Below, one piece after another: positions 29,182-38,658 of a DNA stretch of 64,000 nt (positions are counted from its first letter, which is position 1; every line of letters begins with the position of its first letter). The stretch is from Pirellulaceae bacterium (lineage in GTDB: Bacteria; Planctomycetota; Planctomycetia; Pirellulales; Pirellulaceae): the NCBI GenBank assembly GCA_041751975.1, contig JBGSHW010000084.1, positions 41,745 to 105,744 of the forward strand, given 5' to 3'. A program made the translations under genes and the position numbers. The notes under the pieces were generated by a model that saw only the letters and a list, made by a program, of their open reading frames with translations, searched no databases and was not told where the DNA came from.

Positions 29182-30456
29182 GTGATCGGCGCCACCACGC
29201 TGGCGGCCGTCATGCTGTACTTGGACCGCATCTGCATCGCTGAAATTGCGAAGGAAGATGAGTTCAAAAGTGCGCTGAGCTTAAGTGAACAGCAAACGGG
29301 GGCTTTCTTATCTGCCTTTTTCTTTAGTTACGCACTGTGCCAAGTGCCCGCTGGCTGGTTATCGGACCGTTTTGGTGCGCGGCGGATGTTACCACTTTAC
29401 ATCTGCATTTGGTCGCTATGCACGATCCTCACCGGCATGGCCACCGGCTTCTTGATGTTGATCATTGCCCGCTTGTTGTTTGGGATATCGCAGGCCGGAT
29501 GTTATCCGACGGCTAACATCTTGATCAAGAACTGGGTGCCGTTGCCGCGCCGCGGAACGGCCAGCAGCATTGTCTCGTTTGGTGGACGATTTGGAGGCGC
29601 GATCGCCCCCTTGCTGACTGCCTGGTTGCTCAAAGATTTCTTGTCGTGGCGGTGGGTGCTGGTGCTCTACGGCTGCGCGGGCTTTATCGTCGCGCTGCAC
29701 TTTTGGCGGATCTTTCGCGAGACCCCCGAGGAGCATCCGCAGGTCGATGAGGCCGAGCGGGCGTTGATTGCGATGGATCCCTCGCTCCCGTTTCGAGATG
29801 CGGTGGGAGAGACTGAGTCGCGGAGCCGAACGCCGGCTAATTTTCCGCCCATTGGATTGTTATTGTGCAGCGGTTCGATGTGGTTGATGAGTGTGCTGCA
29901 GTTCGGGATCAACGTCGGTTGGGTCTTCTTGGTGACCTGGCTCCCAACCTATCTCAAGGATGTCAAGCAAGTGGATCCTAAAATTGGAGGGCTGATGTCC
30001 ACGATCGTCTTGACTGCCGGTATTGTGGGGATGTTATGTGGTGGGCCGTTGACCGACTTTGCCACGAAGCGGCTCGGTCGGCGTTGGGGTCGTACATTGC
30101 AGATGGTGGTCTGTTACAGCATCGCCATCGTCGCCTATCTATCTTGCTTGCGGCTCGAATCGGCTTGGGCGTTCATTGCCGCCGCTGCGTTGATTGCCTT
30201 TGTAACCGACATGAGTGTCCCGGCGATCTGGGCTTACATGCAAGATGTGGGTGGCAAGAACACCGCCGCCGTTTTTGGCTGGGGAAACATGTGGGGTAAT
30301 TTGGGGGCTGCGTTGATTCCGGTGTCCGTCCCTTATGTGCTGAAGCATTGGGACACGAACGGTGATTGGCACGAAGTGTTTTGGCTCTTTTCGTTAGGCT
30401 ACTTAGTCGCCGCCTTGGCAGCGCTCGGCATCAACGCCAATCGCCGCATCGAGTAA
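29182..30456 (+). CDS. MFS transporter (anion:cation symporter / sugar-acid type)
   Basis: YLDRICI, GWLSDRFGARR, NWVPLPRRGTA and FGWGNMWGNLG motifs; about 12 TM; true start uncertain. Confidence 0.93.
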   Translation: MIGATTLAAVMLYLDRICIAEIAKEDEFKSALSLSEQQTGAFLSAFFFSYALCQVPAGWLSDRFGARRMLPLYICIWSLCTILTGMATGFLMLIIARLLFGISQAGCYPTANILIKNWVPLPRRGTASSIVSFGGRFGGAIAPLLTAWLLKDFLSWRWVLVLYGCAGFIVALHFWRIFRETPEEHPQVDEAERALIAMDPSLPFRDAVGETESRSRTPANFPPIGLLLCSGSMWLMSVLQFGINVGWVFLVTWLPTYLKDVKQVDPKIGGLMSTIVLTAGIVGMLCGGPLTDFATKRLGRRWGRTLQMVVCYSIAIVAYLSCLRLESAWAFIAAAALIAFVTDMSVPAIWAYMQDVGGKNTAAVFGWGNMWGNLGAALIPVSVPYVLKHWDTNGDWHEVFWLFSLGYLVAALAALGINANRRIE

Positions 30457-30845
30457 AAGGGAGCGGTCGCCGCGAGCCCCGCTTGCCAGTGTCGGGTTTA
30501 TCACGACTCAGCCGAACGACTTGGGAACGTCTGCAGTGGTCAGCATTCTGTTATGATTTGGAAAACCAATCCATCTGTGAAACCCAAACGCAGGTCGACA
30601 GGCGGGTTGGCGTGAGGGGGTGCAAGCATTAGATTGAGGGCACGGCCTTTGCCAACTGAGATTCCAATCATGGGGATGCCGTGGTTGGCGCCATGTTGGA
30701 TTGCCCAACCGCGACTTCCAAAGTCGAGCTGCCATTTTCCAGTTAGCGCGTCGTTGGCGTTTTGTGCGTCCCCTGTAAACGAGTTGCAGTTAACTCCACG
30801 TAGCGTTCAACGCTCAGTTCATTGTCCTTTAAGTAGTCGATTTGT

Positions 30846-31820
30846 ATGAGTTTAGATGCAGTTGATATCGATGGAGTAAGGCTCAAGCTGGCGTCCGCGA
30901 TGGCGAATCGGGCCGAATGGATTGGCCAAAAGGAGGTGCTCAAGCAGTTGTTGGCGTGTTGGTTGGTGGTAGATGAGGTCGATCTACCCTTGACGCCGCG
31001 CTTGGTGGGAGTCCCCGGTATTGGAAAAACTGCCTTGGCCATGGCAGCTGCTGCGACCCGCGGTCAAGAATTGTATGTATTTCAGTGCACGGCGGACACG
31101 CGTCCGGAAGATTTACTCGTTACGCCGGTACTTAGCCAACAAGGGACGATATCCTATCACGCATCGCCGCTGGTAACGGCCATGCTTCGCGGCGCCGTCT
31201 GCGTGTTGGACGAAGGGAATCGGATGAATGAGAAGTCTTGGGCCAGTTTGGCCCCACTTTTCGATCAACGCCGATATGTCGAGTCGATTGTGGCGGGGAT
31301 TGTCATTCACGCCAATAAAGATTTCCGTTGCGCGGTGACAATGAATCAAGACGATTCGACGTACGAGATCCCCGATTACATCCTGAGTCGTCTTCAACCG
31401 ACGTTGCCGCTTGGCTTTCCCAATCGTCAAGATGAATTGGCGATTTTGCAGTATCACCTCCCTTTTGCCGAAGCGGACATGTTGGCCATGACGGTCGAGT
31501 TTCTGCAGCGGTCGCATGAATTGCGGTTGGATTTTTCAGCGCGTGATGGCCTAAATCTCCTTCGCTTTGCACTGAAACGCTTAGCCCAAGATCCGACCCA
31601 TCCGCTCAGCAAAGATGCAGCCTGGCGTGAGGCGCTGGAGTTTTGCCTGGGCGAGGATGCGGTTAATCTGGAAGCCTTGGCGGAACGTAAGCGGGGGAGT
31701 CTCGGGGGCAATGCGCTTCCTTTGGGGTTGGGCGATTTCTTTTTCGATCCGGACGATCCACTGCACCCTGACTTTGACGGCGATGATGATGACGATGACG
31801 ATGACGACGAGCGCTACTAA
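30846..31820 (+). CDS. MoxR-like AAA+ ATPase
   Basis: Walker A GVPGIGKT, Walker B VLDEGNR; poly-Asp C-terminal tail. Confidence 0.88.
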   Translation: MSLDAVDIDGVRLKLASAMANRAEWIGQKEVLKQLLACWLVVDEVDLPLTPRLVGVPGIGKTALAMAAAATRGQELYVFQCTADTRPEDLLVTPVLSQQGTISYHASPLVTAMLRGAVCVLDEGNRMNEKSWASLAPLFDQRRYVESIVAGIVIHANKDFRCAVTMNQDDSTYEIPDYILSRLQPTLPLGFPNRQDELAILQYHLPFAEADMLAMTVEFLQRSHELRLDFSARDGLNLLRFALKRLAQDPTHPLSKDAAWREALEFCLGEDAVNLEALAERKRGSLGGNALPLGLGDFFFDPDDPLHPDFDGDDDDDDDDDERY

Positions 31821-31893
31821 GGCCCCGTCCCCTTTCTCGCAACCACACCACGACACCCGTCAAAGTTAGTCCGGAAGCTCTACGAAAGACACT

Positions 31894-32703
31894 ATGCCTC
31901 ATTGCTTTACCACATCCGACATTCGAGGCGAATTCGTGTTGCTGGGGACGGGGACATCGGTAGGGGTACCTGCCATCGGTTGCGGCTGCGATGTCTGCCG
32001 CAGCACCAATCCGAAAAACAAGCGAACGCGGTCCTCGGCCATCGTGGGATTACCCGAGGGGAACTTGCTGATCGACACGGCCCCCGAGTTGCGTCTGCAG
32101 TTGGTGCGCGAGAATATCGGAATTGTGCATGCCGTCGCTTATACGCACGAGCACGCGGACCACATTTTTGGTCTCGACGACCTGCGGTTGTTTCCGTTTT
32201 TGTTGCGCGGCCCGGTACCATTGTACTGTGAACCGAATGTCGAACGGCGAATTCGCCACAGTTACGACTACGCCTTTAGCACCAAGCCTCAAACGCATCC
32301 TGGAGCCATCCCGCAGCTCGAACCTCGCACAATTGGCCTAGCACCGTTCGATGTACTGGGAGCCACAATTCGACCGATGCGTTTGCAGCATGGTCCTAAC
32401 TATCATGTGCTCGGCTTTCGCATCGGTAATGTAGCCTACTGCACCGATACGAATTTTATTCCGACGGAGAGCTATAGGATTTTGGATGGCGTCGAGTACT
32501 TTATTGTGGACGCATTGCGTTACGAACCGCATGCCACCCATTTTCATGTCGAAGGTGCGCTGGAGGCGATCGCACGCGTGCAGCCGCGGCAGGCTTATCT
32601 AACCCACGTTTGCCATGATTTGGACTACGATAAAACCTGTGCCGCTCTGCCAAGCAACGTCGAACTCGCGTACGACGGCTTACGCGTCCCGCTTGAGTTA
32701 TAA
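31894..32703 (+). CDS. MBL-fold metallo-hydrolase (PhnP-like phosphodiesterase)
   Basis: GTGTSVGVP, CGCDVC, THEHADH, YCTD and THVCH motifs. Confidence 0.92.
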   Translation: MPHCFTTSDIRGEFVLLGTGTSVGVPAIGCGCDVCRSTNPKNKRTRSSAIVGLPEGNLLIDTAPELRLQLVRENIGIVHAVAYTHEHADHIFGLDDLRLFPFLLRGPVPLYCEPNVERRIRHSYDYAFSTKPQTHPGAIPQLEPRTIGLAPFDVLGATIRPMRLQHGPNYHVLGFRIGNVAYCTDTNFIPTESYRILDGVEYFIVDALRYEPHATHFHVEGALEAIARVQPRQAYLTHVCHDLDYDKTCAALPSNVELAYDGLRVPLEL

Positions 32704-32813
32704 TGGTCGGCGGCCGAGCAACTACAATAATCTCTAACCGACCCATTCCGAGTTACTGCCACCCTTCTCAACCTCGACTTTCCCCGCCGAAACAACTTTA
32801 AGGATGCTGTTCC

Positions 32814-35800
32814 ATGAACAATCCCCCACCACCACGCCCCCCGAAACTATCGCAAACTATTGCCCAGTCGCCCGTTGCCCGCGTCATTTTGGTTTGCGGC
32901 ATGCTGTGCGCGATGTTCAACCAACTGCCTGCGCAGGAATCTCTGGGTAACACTGCCAAGTGGGTGTGGGTGGGTGAAGCGGCCAGCAATCAATCGGTTG
33001 CCCTACGCAAAGTGTTTGAGCTGGAGGGCGAAGTCAAAGAAGCTCAAGTGGCTGTCACAGCGGACAATTGGTGCCAAGTCTTTATCAACGACAAGCTTGT
33101 GACCAGCTCTGACGATTGGGGACAACTAGCAACAGCCGATGTGTCCAAGTTGCTCAGAAAGGGTACGAATGTCATTGCCTTGTTGGCTAAGAACGAGGAC
33201 AGTGCCGCCGGGGCCCTGGCGTATCTGCGTGTTAAAATGGACGACGGTCAACAGTTGGAGGTGGCAACGGACGGCAGTTGGTCCGGTTCGCTGAACACCG
33301 CTGGAGGATGGCAGGAGTTAGCATTCGATGCGAGTGGTTGGGATAAGGCTCGTGAACTGGGGAGCATCGGTCAAGCTGGGTTGCCTTGGTCGGGGCAAGT
33401 TGGGGTCGACGCGCTGGTGGAGGCTTTTCGTAATAACAATGCCGGTGAATACCTGACGCACGTTGCCGAAAACGCCCAAGTACCAGAGGGCTTTAAAATC
33501 GAAAAGATCTATCAAGTCCCACGCTCGATGGGCTCATGGGTGGCACTCACGACCGACCCACAGGGACGTCTCATCGCCTCCGATCAAGGTTCTGCGGGAC
33601 TGTTCATGATTACCCCGGGTCATGGCGACACACCGACGAAAGTAGAACGACTACCGGTAGATCTTAGCGGCGCCCAGGGGCTGCTATGGGCCTTTGATTC
33701 GCTGTACGTTGTCGTCAATGGTGGTGACAAATCAGGCCTGCATCGCTTGACCGATACCGACGGCGATGGACTCGTCGATCACGATGAACATTGCATGTTT
33801 GTACCTGGCGGAGGCGAGCACGGTCCGCACGCAGTTATCCTAAGCCCTGATGGCCAATCGCTATATGTGGCTGCCGGAAATCACACCAAGTTGCCGGATG
33901 CCATTGTCGGCAGTCGCATTCCACAGAACTGGCAAGAAGATCTCTTGTTGCCCCGTCGCTGGGATGCTAACGGGCATGCCGCCGGTATTCTGGCTCCAGG
34001 GGGTTGGATCTGCAACGTCGATCGGACCGGCAAGGAATGGACCGTGTTCAGCATGGGCTATCGCAATCAATATGACATTGCATTCAACGCCGATGGCGAA
34101 CTGTTCAGTTACGATGCCGACATGGAGTGGGATTTTGGCTCCCCCTGGTATCGACCGACCCGCGTGGTGCATGCCACCAGCGGCAGCGAATTTGGCTGGC
34201 GGAGTGGGACTGGCAAGTGGCCCACCTATTACGAAGACTCACTCCCCCCTGCGGTTGACATCGGTCCTGGTTCGCCCACGGGCATCGTGTTCGGAAAGGG
34301 AGCCAAATTCCCGGCCAAGTACCAACGAGCGTTGTTCATTCTCGATTGGACTTACAGCACCATTTACTCGATTGATTTTGCACCTGCGGGTGCGAGCTAC
34401 GTCGGGACCAAGCAAGACTTTGTGACAGGTTCGCCGCTACCGGTCACCGACGCGACGATCGGCCATGACGGTGCATTTTATTTTGCGGCCGGCGGGCGTG
34501 GCACCCAGTCGTCTCTTTTTCGCGTCACGTACGAGGGAAGCGAATCGACAACGGCAGCTGAACTAAGTGACGAAGCGGGGAGCGACTTGCGCGGGTTGCG
34601 TCAACAACTCGAAAGCTACCACGGGACAGTGGATGGTGAGCTGGATACGATCCTCAAGCAACTCGGTCACTCCGACCGTTTCCTTCGTTATGCAGCCCGG
34701 ATTGCCCTGGAAAGTCAGCCCCTTTCTTCATGGCGCGAAACGGTCCTGAAGCTCACCGAGCCCCAAGCGGTGCTCAACGGCATGCTCGCTCTCGCCCGCC
34801 AAGGAGAGCTCAACGACCTAGAGCCCATCGTTAAGAAATTGCTTGAGTTGCCCTATGCAGAAATGGACTTGCAACAACGGCTGACCGGTCTGAGAGTCCT
34901 ACAGGTTGCCTTCGCACGGCGTTCGGATCCGGGGGCGGATGGCAACGGCCAGACAAAGCCAGCACTAGCGGCTGTGTTGCGCGGGCGACTGTTGAAGTTA
35001 CTGGAGAGTGCTTATCCCAACAGCGCATACGAACTCAACGCCGAATTGGTCCAACTACTTGTGTACCTGGAATCGCCGGTCGTGGTAGAGAAAACGCTGG
35101 CCCTCATGCAGCAGCTTGGCGATGAACCGATTCCTGACTGGAGTTATCTTGTCTCCCGCAACGAGGGCTATGGCGGCACCGTGGGCGCGATGCTCGACAA
35201 CATGCCTCCGGCCCGCGCCATCCACTTGGCAGCTGCCCTGCGGAACGTAAAAACCCCTTGGACCCTTGGGCAGCGGGAACAGTACTTCGAGTTCTTTATT
35301 GCGGCGGCCAAACACCCGGGCGGTAACAGCTATGCCAAGTTCTTGGAGCAATTTCGCGACGATGCATTAATGACCTGCAGCGATGCCGAGAAGATTGTAC
35401 TTGAACCGCTGACTGGCCAATCGTTGCTTGCTGCACCGATTGAGTCGACGCCGCCCGAAGGTCCCGGAAGAGTTTGGACCACCAGCGCTGCCTTGGCAGA
35501 GGTGGGCGATAAATTGTCGGCAAGAAATTTCGATGCGGGTAGAAACCTTTTTCATGCGACCAGTTGTGCCAAGTGCCATCGACTCGCCGGCGAAGGTGGA
35601 GCCATCGGCCCCGATCTATCCACCGCTGGCAAAAAGTTCTCGATCCCCGATATGCTCGACGCACTCATTGAACCGAGCAAAGCCATCTCGGACCAGTACG
35701 GTTCACAACAGGTGTTAACCAGCGACGGCACGGTGCTGATCGGACGGGTTGTAGAAATTGGCAAGCAGACGTACGTCTACACGTCCGATCCCGCCGCCAA

Positions 35801-35966
35801 ACCGATCGTACTCTCAAAAGAGGACATTGAGCAAATCCAACCTTCAACTGTTTCGCAAATGCCAGCCGGTTTGATCGATACACTCAACCCCGAAGAACTG
35901 CGGGACTTGATGGCCTACATCATGTCCGCAGGCGATCCGCAGGCAAGCGTCTACCGCAAACGCTAG
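32814..35966 (+). CDS. PVC-type heme-binding putative dehydrogenase (beta-sandwich + propeller + HEAT-like + cytochrome c)
   Basis: GYRNQYDIAFN...YDADMEWD propeller; CAKCH heme motif; GGAIGPDLS. Confidence 0.88.
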   Translation: MNNPPPPRPPKLSQTIAQSPVARVILVCGMLCAMFNQLPAQESLGNTAKWVWVGEAASNQSVALRKVFELEGEVKEAQVAVTADNWCQVFINDKLVTSSDDWGQLATADVSKLLRKGTNVIALLAKNEDSAAGALAYLRVKMDDGQQLEVATDGSWSGSLNTAGGWQELAFDASGWDKARELGSIGQAGLPWSGQVGVDALVEAFRNNNAGEYLTHVAENAQVPEGFKIEKIYQVPRSMGSWVALTTDPQGRLIASDQGSAGLFMITPGHGDTPTKVERLPVDLSGAQGLLWAFDSLYVVVNGGDKSGLHRLTDTDGDGLVDHDEHCMFVPGGGEHGPHAVILSPDGQSLYVAAGNHTKLPDAIVGSRIPQNWQEDLLLPRRWDANGHAAGILAPGGWICNVDRTGKEWTVFSMGYRNQYDIAFNADGELFSYDADMEWDFGSPWYRPTRVVHATSGSEFGWRSGTGKWPTYYEDSLPPAVDIGPGSPTGIVFGKGAKFPAKYQRALFILDWTYSTIYSIDFAPAGASYVGTKQDFVTGSPLPVTDATIGHDGAFYFAAGGRGTQSSLFRVTYEGSESTTAAELSDEAGSDLRGLRQQLESYHGTVDGELDTILKQLGHSDRFLRYAARIALESQPLSSWRETVLKLTEPQAVLNGMLALARQGELNDLEPIVKKLLELPYAEMDLQQRLTGLRVLQVAFARRSDPGADGNGQTKPALAAVLRGRLLKLLESAYPNSAYELNAELVQLLVYLESPVVVEKTLALMQQLGDEPIPDWSYLVSRNEGYGGTVGAMLDNMPPARAIHLAAALRNVKTPWTLGQREQYFEFFIAAAKHPGGNSYAKFLEQFRDDALMTCSDAEKIVLEPLTGQSLLAAPIESTPPEGPGRVWTTSAALAEVGDKLSARNFDAGRNLFHATSCAKCHRLAGEGGAIGPDLSTAGKKFSIPDMLDALIEPSKAISDQYGSQQVLTSDGTVLIGRVVEIGKQTYVYTSDPAAKPIVLSKEDIEQIQPSTVSQMPAGLIDTLNPEELRDLMAYIMSAGDPQASVYRKR

Positions 35967-35996
35967 TTTTGAAGTTGCGCTAATTAGTTGTCAATC

Positions 35997-36070
35997 GTAC
36001 TCGTACTCGAGGCGCATGCGTCGAGTGCGAGTACTGCGGGAGTTGGGGTTCGAGTTCGAGTTCGAAAACC
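35997..36070. repeat. TACTCG-family hairpin plus a GTTCGA repeat tail
   Basis: gtactcgtactcga-ggcgcatgcg-tcgagtgcgagtac (14-bp stem with one G-U pair), then gttcgagttcgagttcgaaaacc. Confidence 0.82.
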
Positions 36071-36262
36071 ACAGGATTTCATGAGTTTCGGTCAACCGAT
36101 TTTCATCTTACGCATCTTCAAAAGCCGCTAGTGCCGGATCAGGCTACCCGCTTGCGAGACGCGGGCGGGGGGCCGACAATGAGGGCCTTAACCTCGGTGG
36201 TCCACTGTGTACCACCAGCCAACCGTTTTTCACCATCCCACTCGTAGCTCGAGAATCTCACG

Positions 36263-37132
36263 ATGCCATCCGTCGAAATCTATATCAATGGCACCTATTA
36301 CCCCAAAGCAGATGCGAAAATCAGCGTCTACGACCACGGTCTGCTTTACGGGGATGGCGTGTTCGAGGGGATGCGGGCTTATTCGGGGCGGGTCTTCCGC
36401 CTGACCGAACACTTGGAACGGATCTTTGAATCGGCCAAGGCCATTATGCTCACCATTCCGATGCACATCGATGCCTTGGCGACGGCCGTCAATGAAACGT
36501 TGGCCCACAACAATTTGACCGATGCTTACATCCGCTTGGTGGTCACTCGCGGTGCCGGTTCATTGGGGCTCGATCCCGCCAAGACCTCTGATCCGCAAGT
36601 GATCATCATCGCCGATCATATAGAACTGTACCCCAAGCACCTCTATGAAACGGGACTTGAAATCATCACTGCTGCGACCATGCGGAATCATCCGGCTGCG
36701 ATGAGCTCCCGCGTGAAGTCGCTGAATTATCTGAACAACATTATGGCCAAGATCGAAGGAAAGCTTGCCGGTTGTTCGGAAGCACTCATGCTCAATCATC
36801 GCGGTGAGGTGGCTGAGTGCACGGGGGACAATATTTTTATCGTCCGTCGCGGCGAATTGCTTACACCGCCGATCGATGCGGGTATTCTAGAGGGTATCAC
36901 GCGCAACGCGATTATCGAGTTGGCGTCGACTCTGGGGATCGTTTGTCATCAAATCCCATTCACTCGGCACGATATTTATGTGGCCGAAGAGTGCTTTTTG
37001 ACCGGGAGCGCGGCCGAAGTGATTCCGGTGATCAAGCTGGACAGCCGCCCGATTGGTACAGGAACTGTCGGAGATGTAACTCGCCGCCTAAGCCAGGCCT
37101 TTCATCAGCTTGTTCGTCAAGCACCTGCCTGA
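36263..37132 (+). CDS. ilvE: Branched-chain amino acid aminotransferase
   Basis: YGDGVFEG, VKSLNYLNN (PLP Lys), ECTGDN, GITR and GSAAE motifs. Confidence 0.94.
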   Translation: MPSVEIYINGTYYPKADAKISVYDHGLLYGDGVFEGMRAYSGRVFRLTEHLERIFESAKAIMLTIPMHIDALATAVNETLAHNNLTDAYIRLVVTRGAGSLGLDPAKTSDPQVIIIADHIELYPKHLYETGLEIITAATMRNHPAAMSSRVKSLNYLNNIMAKIEGKLAGCSEALMLNHRGEVAECTGDNIFIVRRGELLTPPIDAGILEGITRNAIIELASTLGIVCHQIPFTRHDIYVAEECFLTGSAAEVIPVIKLDSRPIGTGTVGDVTRRLSQAFHQLVRQAPA

Positions 37133-37169
37133 CACTGACTGAGTCAATCCAAAGAAAAGAGTTGGGACC

Positions 37170-38021
37170 ATGAAGTTCGTCGACCTGCACGCTCGCTTGT
37201 GGCCACATCTGCTCAACGGCCTCCTCGGAGCCTTTATTGCCTGCGCACCCAGCATGCTCATTGCCAGGTCGGTGGCACAGGAACAGCCAACGGCACAGGA
37301 GCAGCTGGAACGCAAACAAGCAACTCAGGAAACCAAAGGAAATATCAACTCAGTTGACGAAGATAGCATTCCACCGGCCCGGAAAACTTACCTGGGTCGG
37401 CGCATTGCGGAGACCATGGGTTATGGTGGCGCTCAGTGGCTCATCCGACAGAACCGTGAGGACGAGGAGCGTTCGAGTGATGTCATGAAGCAACTGGAAC
37501 TCAAGCCCGGGATGGTGGTTTGCGATCTCGGTTGTGGCAACGGTTACTATTCGTTGATGATGGCCAAGGAAGTCGCCCCGGATGGAAAAGTACTGGCTGT
37601 TGACATCCAACCGGAAATGCTGCATTTGCTCGAGCTCCGCGCGAAAGAACTGGGGACCGACAATCTTGAACCGGTCCTGAGCTCCGTGATTGATCCGAAT
37701 CTACCCGCCAACACGATCGATCTGTTATTGATGGTCGACGTTTACCACGAGTTCTCGCATCCCGAACAGATGCTGGCGGGCATCCGTCAGAGCCTCAAGG
37801 ATGACGGCCTGGTTGCGTTGGCAGAGTATCGGGAAGAAGATCGCAACGTTCCGATCAAGCCGCTGCACAAAATGAGCAAGCGGCAGATCATGCGCGAGTA
37901 TCAAGCCAACGGCTTTCGACTTGCCAAACAGTACGATGGACTGCCATGGCAGCACCTGATGTTCTTCGAACGCGATCCGAACTGGAAACCACCGACCGTT
38001 AGCGGCCCGAGTGACCAATAG
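37170..38021 (+). CDS. Class I SAM-dependent methyltransferase (exported-type N-terminus)
   Basis: DLGCGNG, AVDIQPEM and VDVYHEFSHP motifs. Confidence 0.9.
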   Translation: MKFVDLHARLWPHLLNGLLGAFIACAPSMLIARSVAQEQPTAQEQLERKQATQETKGNINSVDEDSIPPARKTYLGRRIAETMGYGGAQWLIRQNREDEERSSDVMKQLELKPGMVVCDLGCGNGYYSLMMAKEVAPDGKVLAVDIQPEMLHLLELRAKELGTDNLEPVLSSVIDPNLPANTIDLLLMVDVYHEFSHPEQMLAGIRQSLKDDGLVALAEYREEDRNVPIKPLHKMSKRQIMREYQANGFRLAKQYDGLPWQHLMFFERDPNWKPPTVSGPSDQ

Positions 38022-38042
38022 CCTACGTCAGTTCAACAAGCT

Positions 38043-38624
38043 TCATACACCATCAAAGTTGACATTTTCCCTCCGGTAACCGGCCTCGCGAATGGCGGTT
38101 TCTAATCCAAGCATCTGGGCCTCGGAAAATGTCGGGTTGGAGGCAGCGATAGCCTGTTGCGCCAGGGGATCCGCTTTTTCGTGGATGGTCCTCGCGGCGA
38201 GGCTACTGTCATGGACATGCCTCCCGGTGGCCAGCCGATGGTAAATGTTCTGCGGTAGGTAAGCAGCGGCTTCGGATCTAACTCGGTCGAGCGTATGCCC
38301 CTTTATGTCTTGGATGGCGTGCACGCACTCATGGAGCAAAACCGAGCGACGCTTCCAAGTCGTGAGATTGATGCGGCGAATGATAATTTTATTGGCACTC
38401 GACCCACTATCATTCTTTGGGTTGTAAACCGCGAGTCCAGAATCTCCCACGATGGGATCGTAAAGCACACCGATCTTTTCTTCGTCGATGCATTGTTTGA
38501 CTTTCCAGAACCAGCCCCAGTTGATCTCCTGGCCTCGATAGACAAAGTGGACGTGGGTAACGTGTGGACCAAGCAGGACGCCCAACACGGCCAAGCGGCC
38601 CACCTCCTCAATGTCATCGTCCAA
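38043..38624 (-). CDS. Hypothetical HExxH zincin-like protein
   Basis: LLHECVHAIQD followed by RVRSEAAAY; TTG start, 35 nt after the transglutaminase gene. Confidence 0.6.
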   Translation of the reverse strand: MDDDIEEVGRLAVLGVLLGPHVTHVHFVYRGQEINWGWFWKVKQCIDEEKIGVLYDPIVGDSGLAVYNPKNDSGSSANKIIIRRINLTTWKRRSVLLHECVHAIQDIKGHTLDRVRSEAAAYLPQNIYHRLATGRHVHDSSLAARTIHEKADPLAQQAIAASNPTFSEAQMLGLETAIREAGYRRENVNFDGV

Positions 38625-38658
38625 ATCAATGAGTGGTGGTAGCGGAGCGCCAGCCAGC

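Noticed and set aside
30457-30845. Short ORFs or ncRNA between the MFS and AAA genes
   Set aside because: ORFs of 70-100 aa have no motifs and conflict on both strands; no recognisable RNA family
31821-31840. GGCCCCGTCCCCTTTCTCGC after the AAA gene stop
   Set aside because: Resembles a half-site of a REP-like palindrome, but no partner arm or second copy is in the window
36046-36070. GGTTCGAGTTCGAG as a tRNA T-loop
   Set aside because: No acceptor, D or anticodon stems; it is a GTTCGA microrepeat
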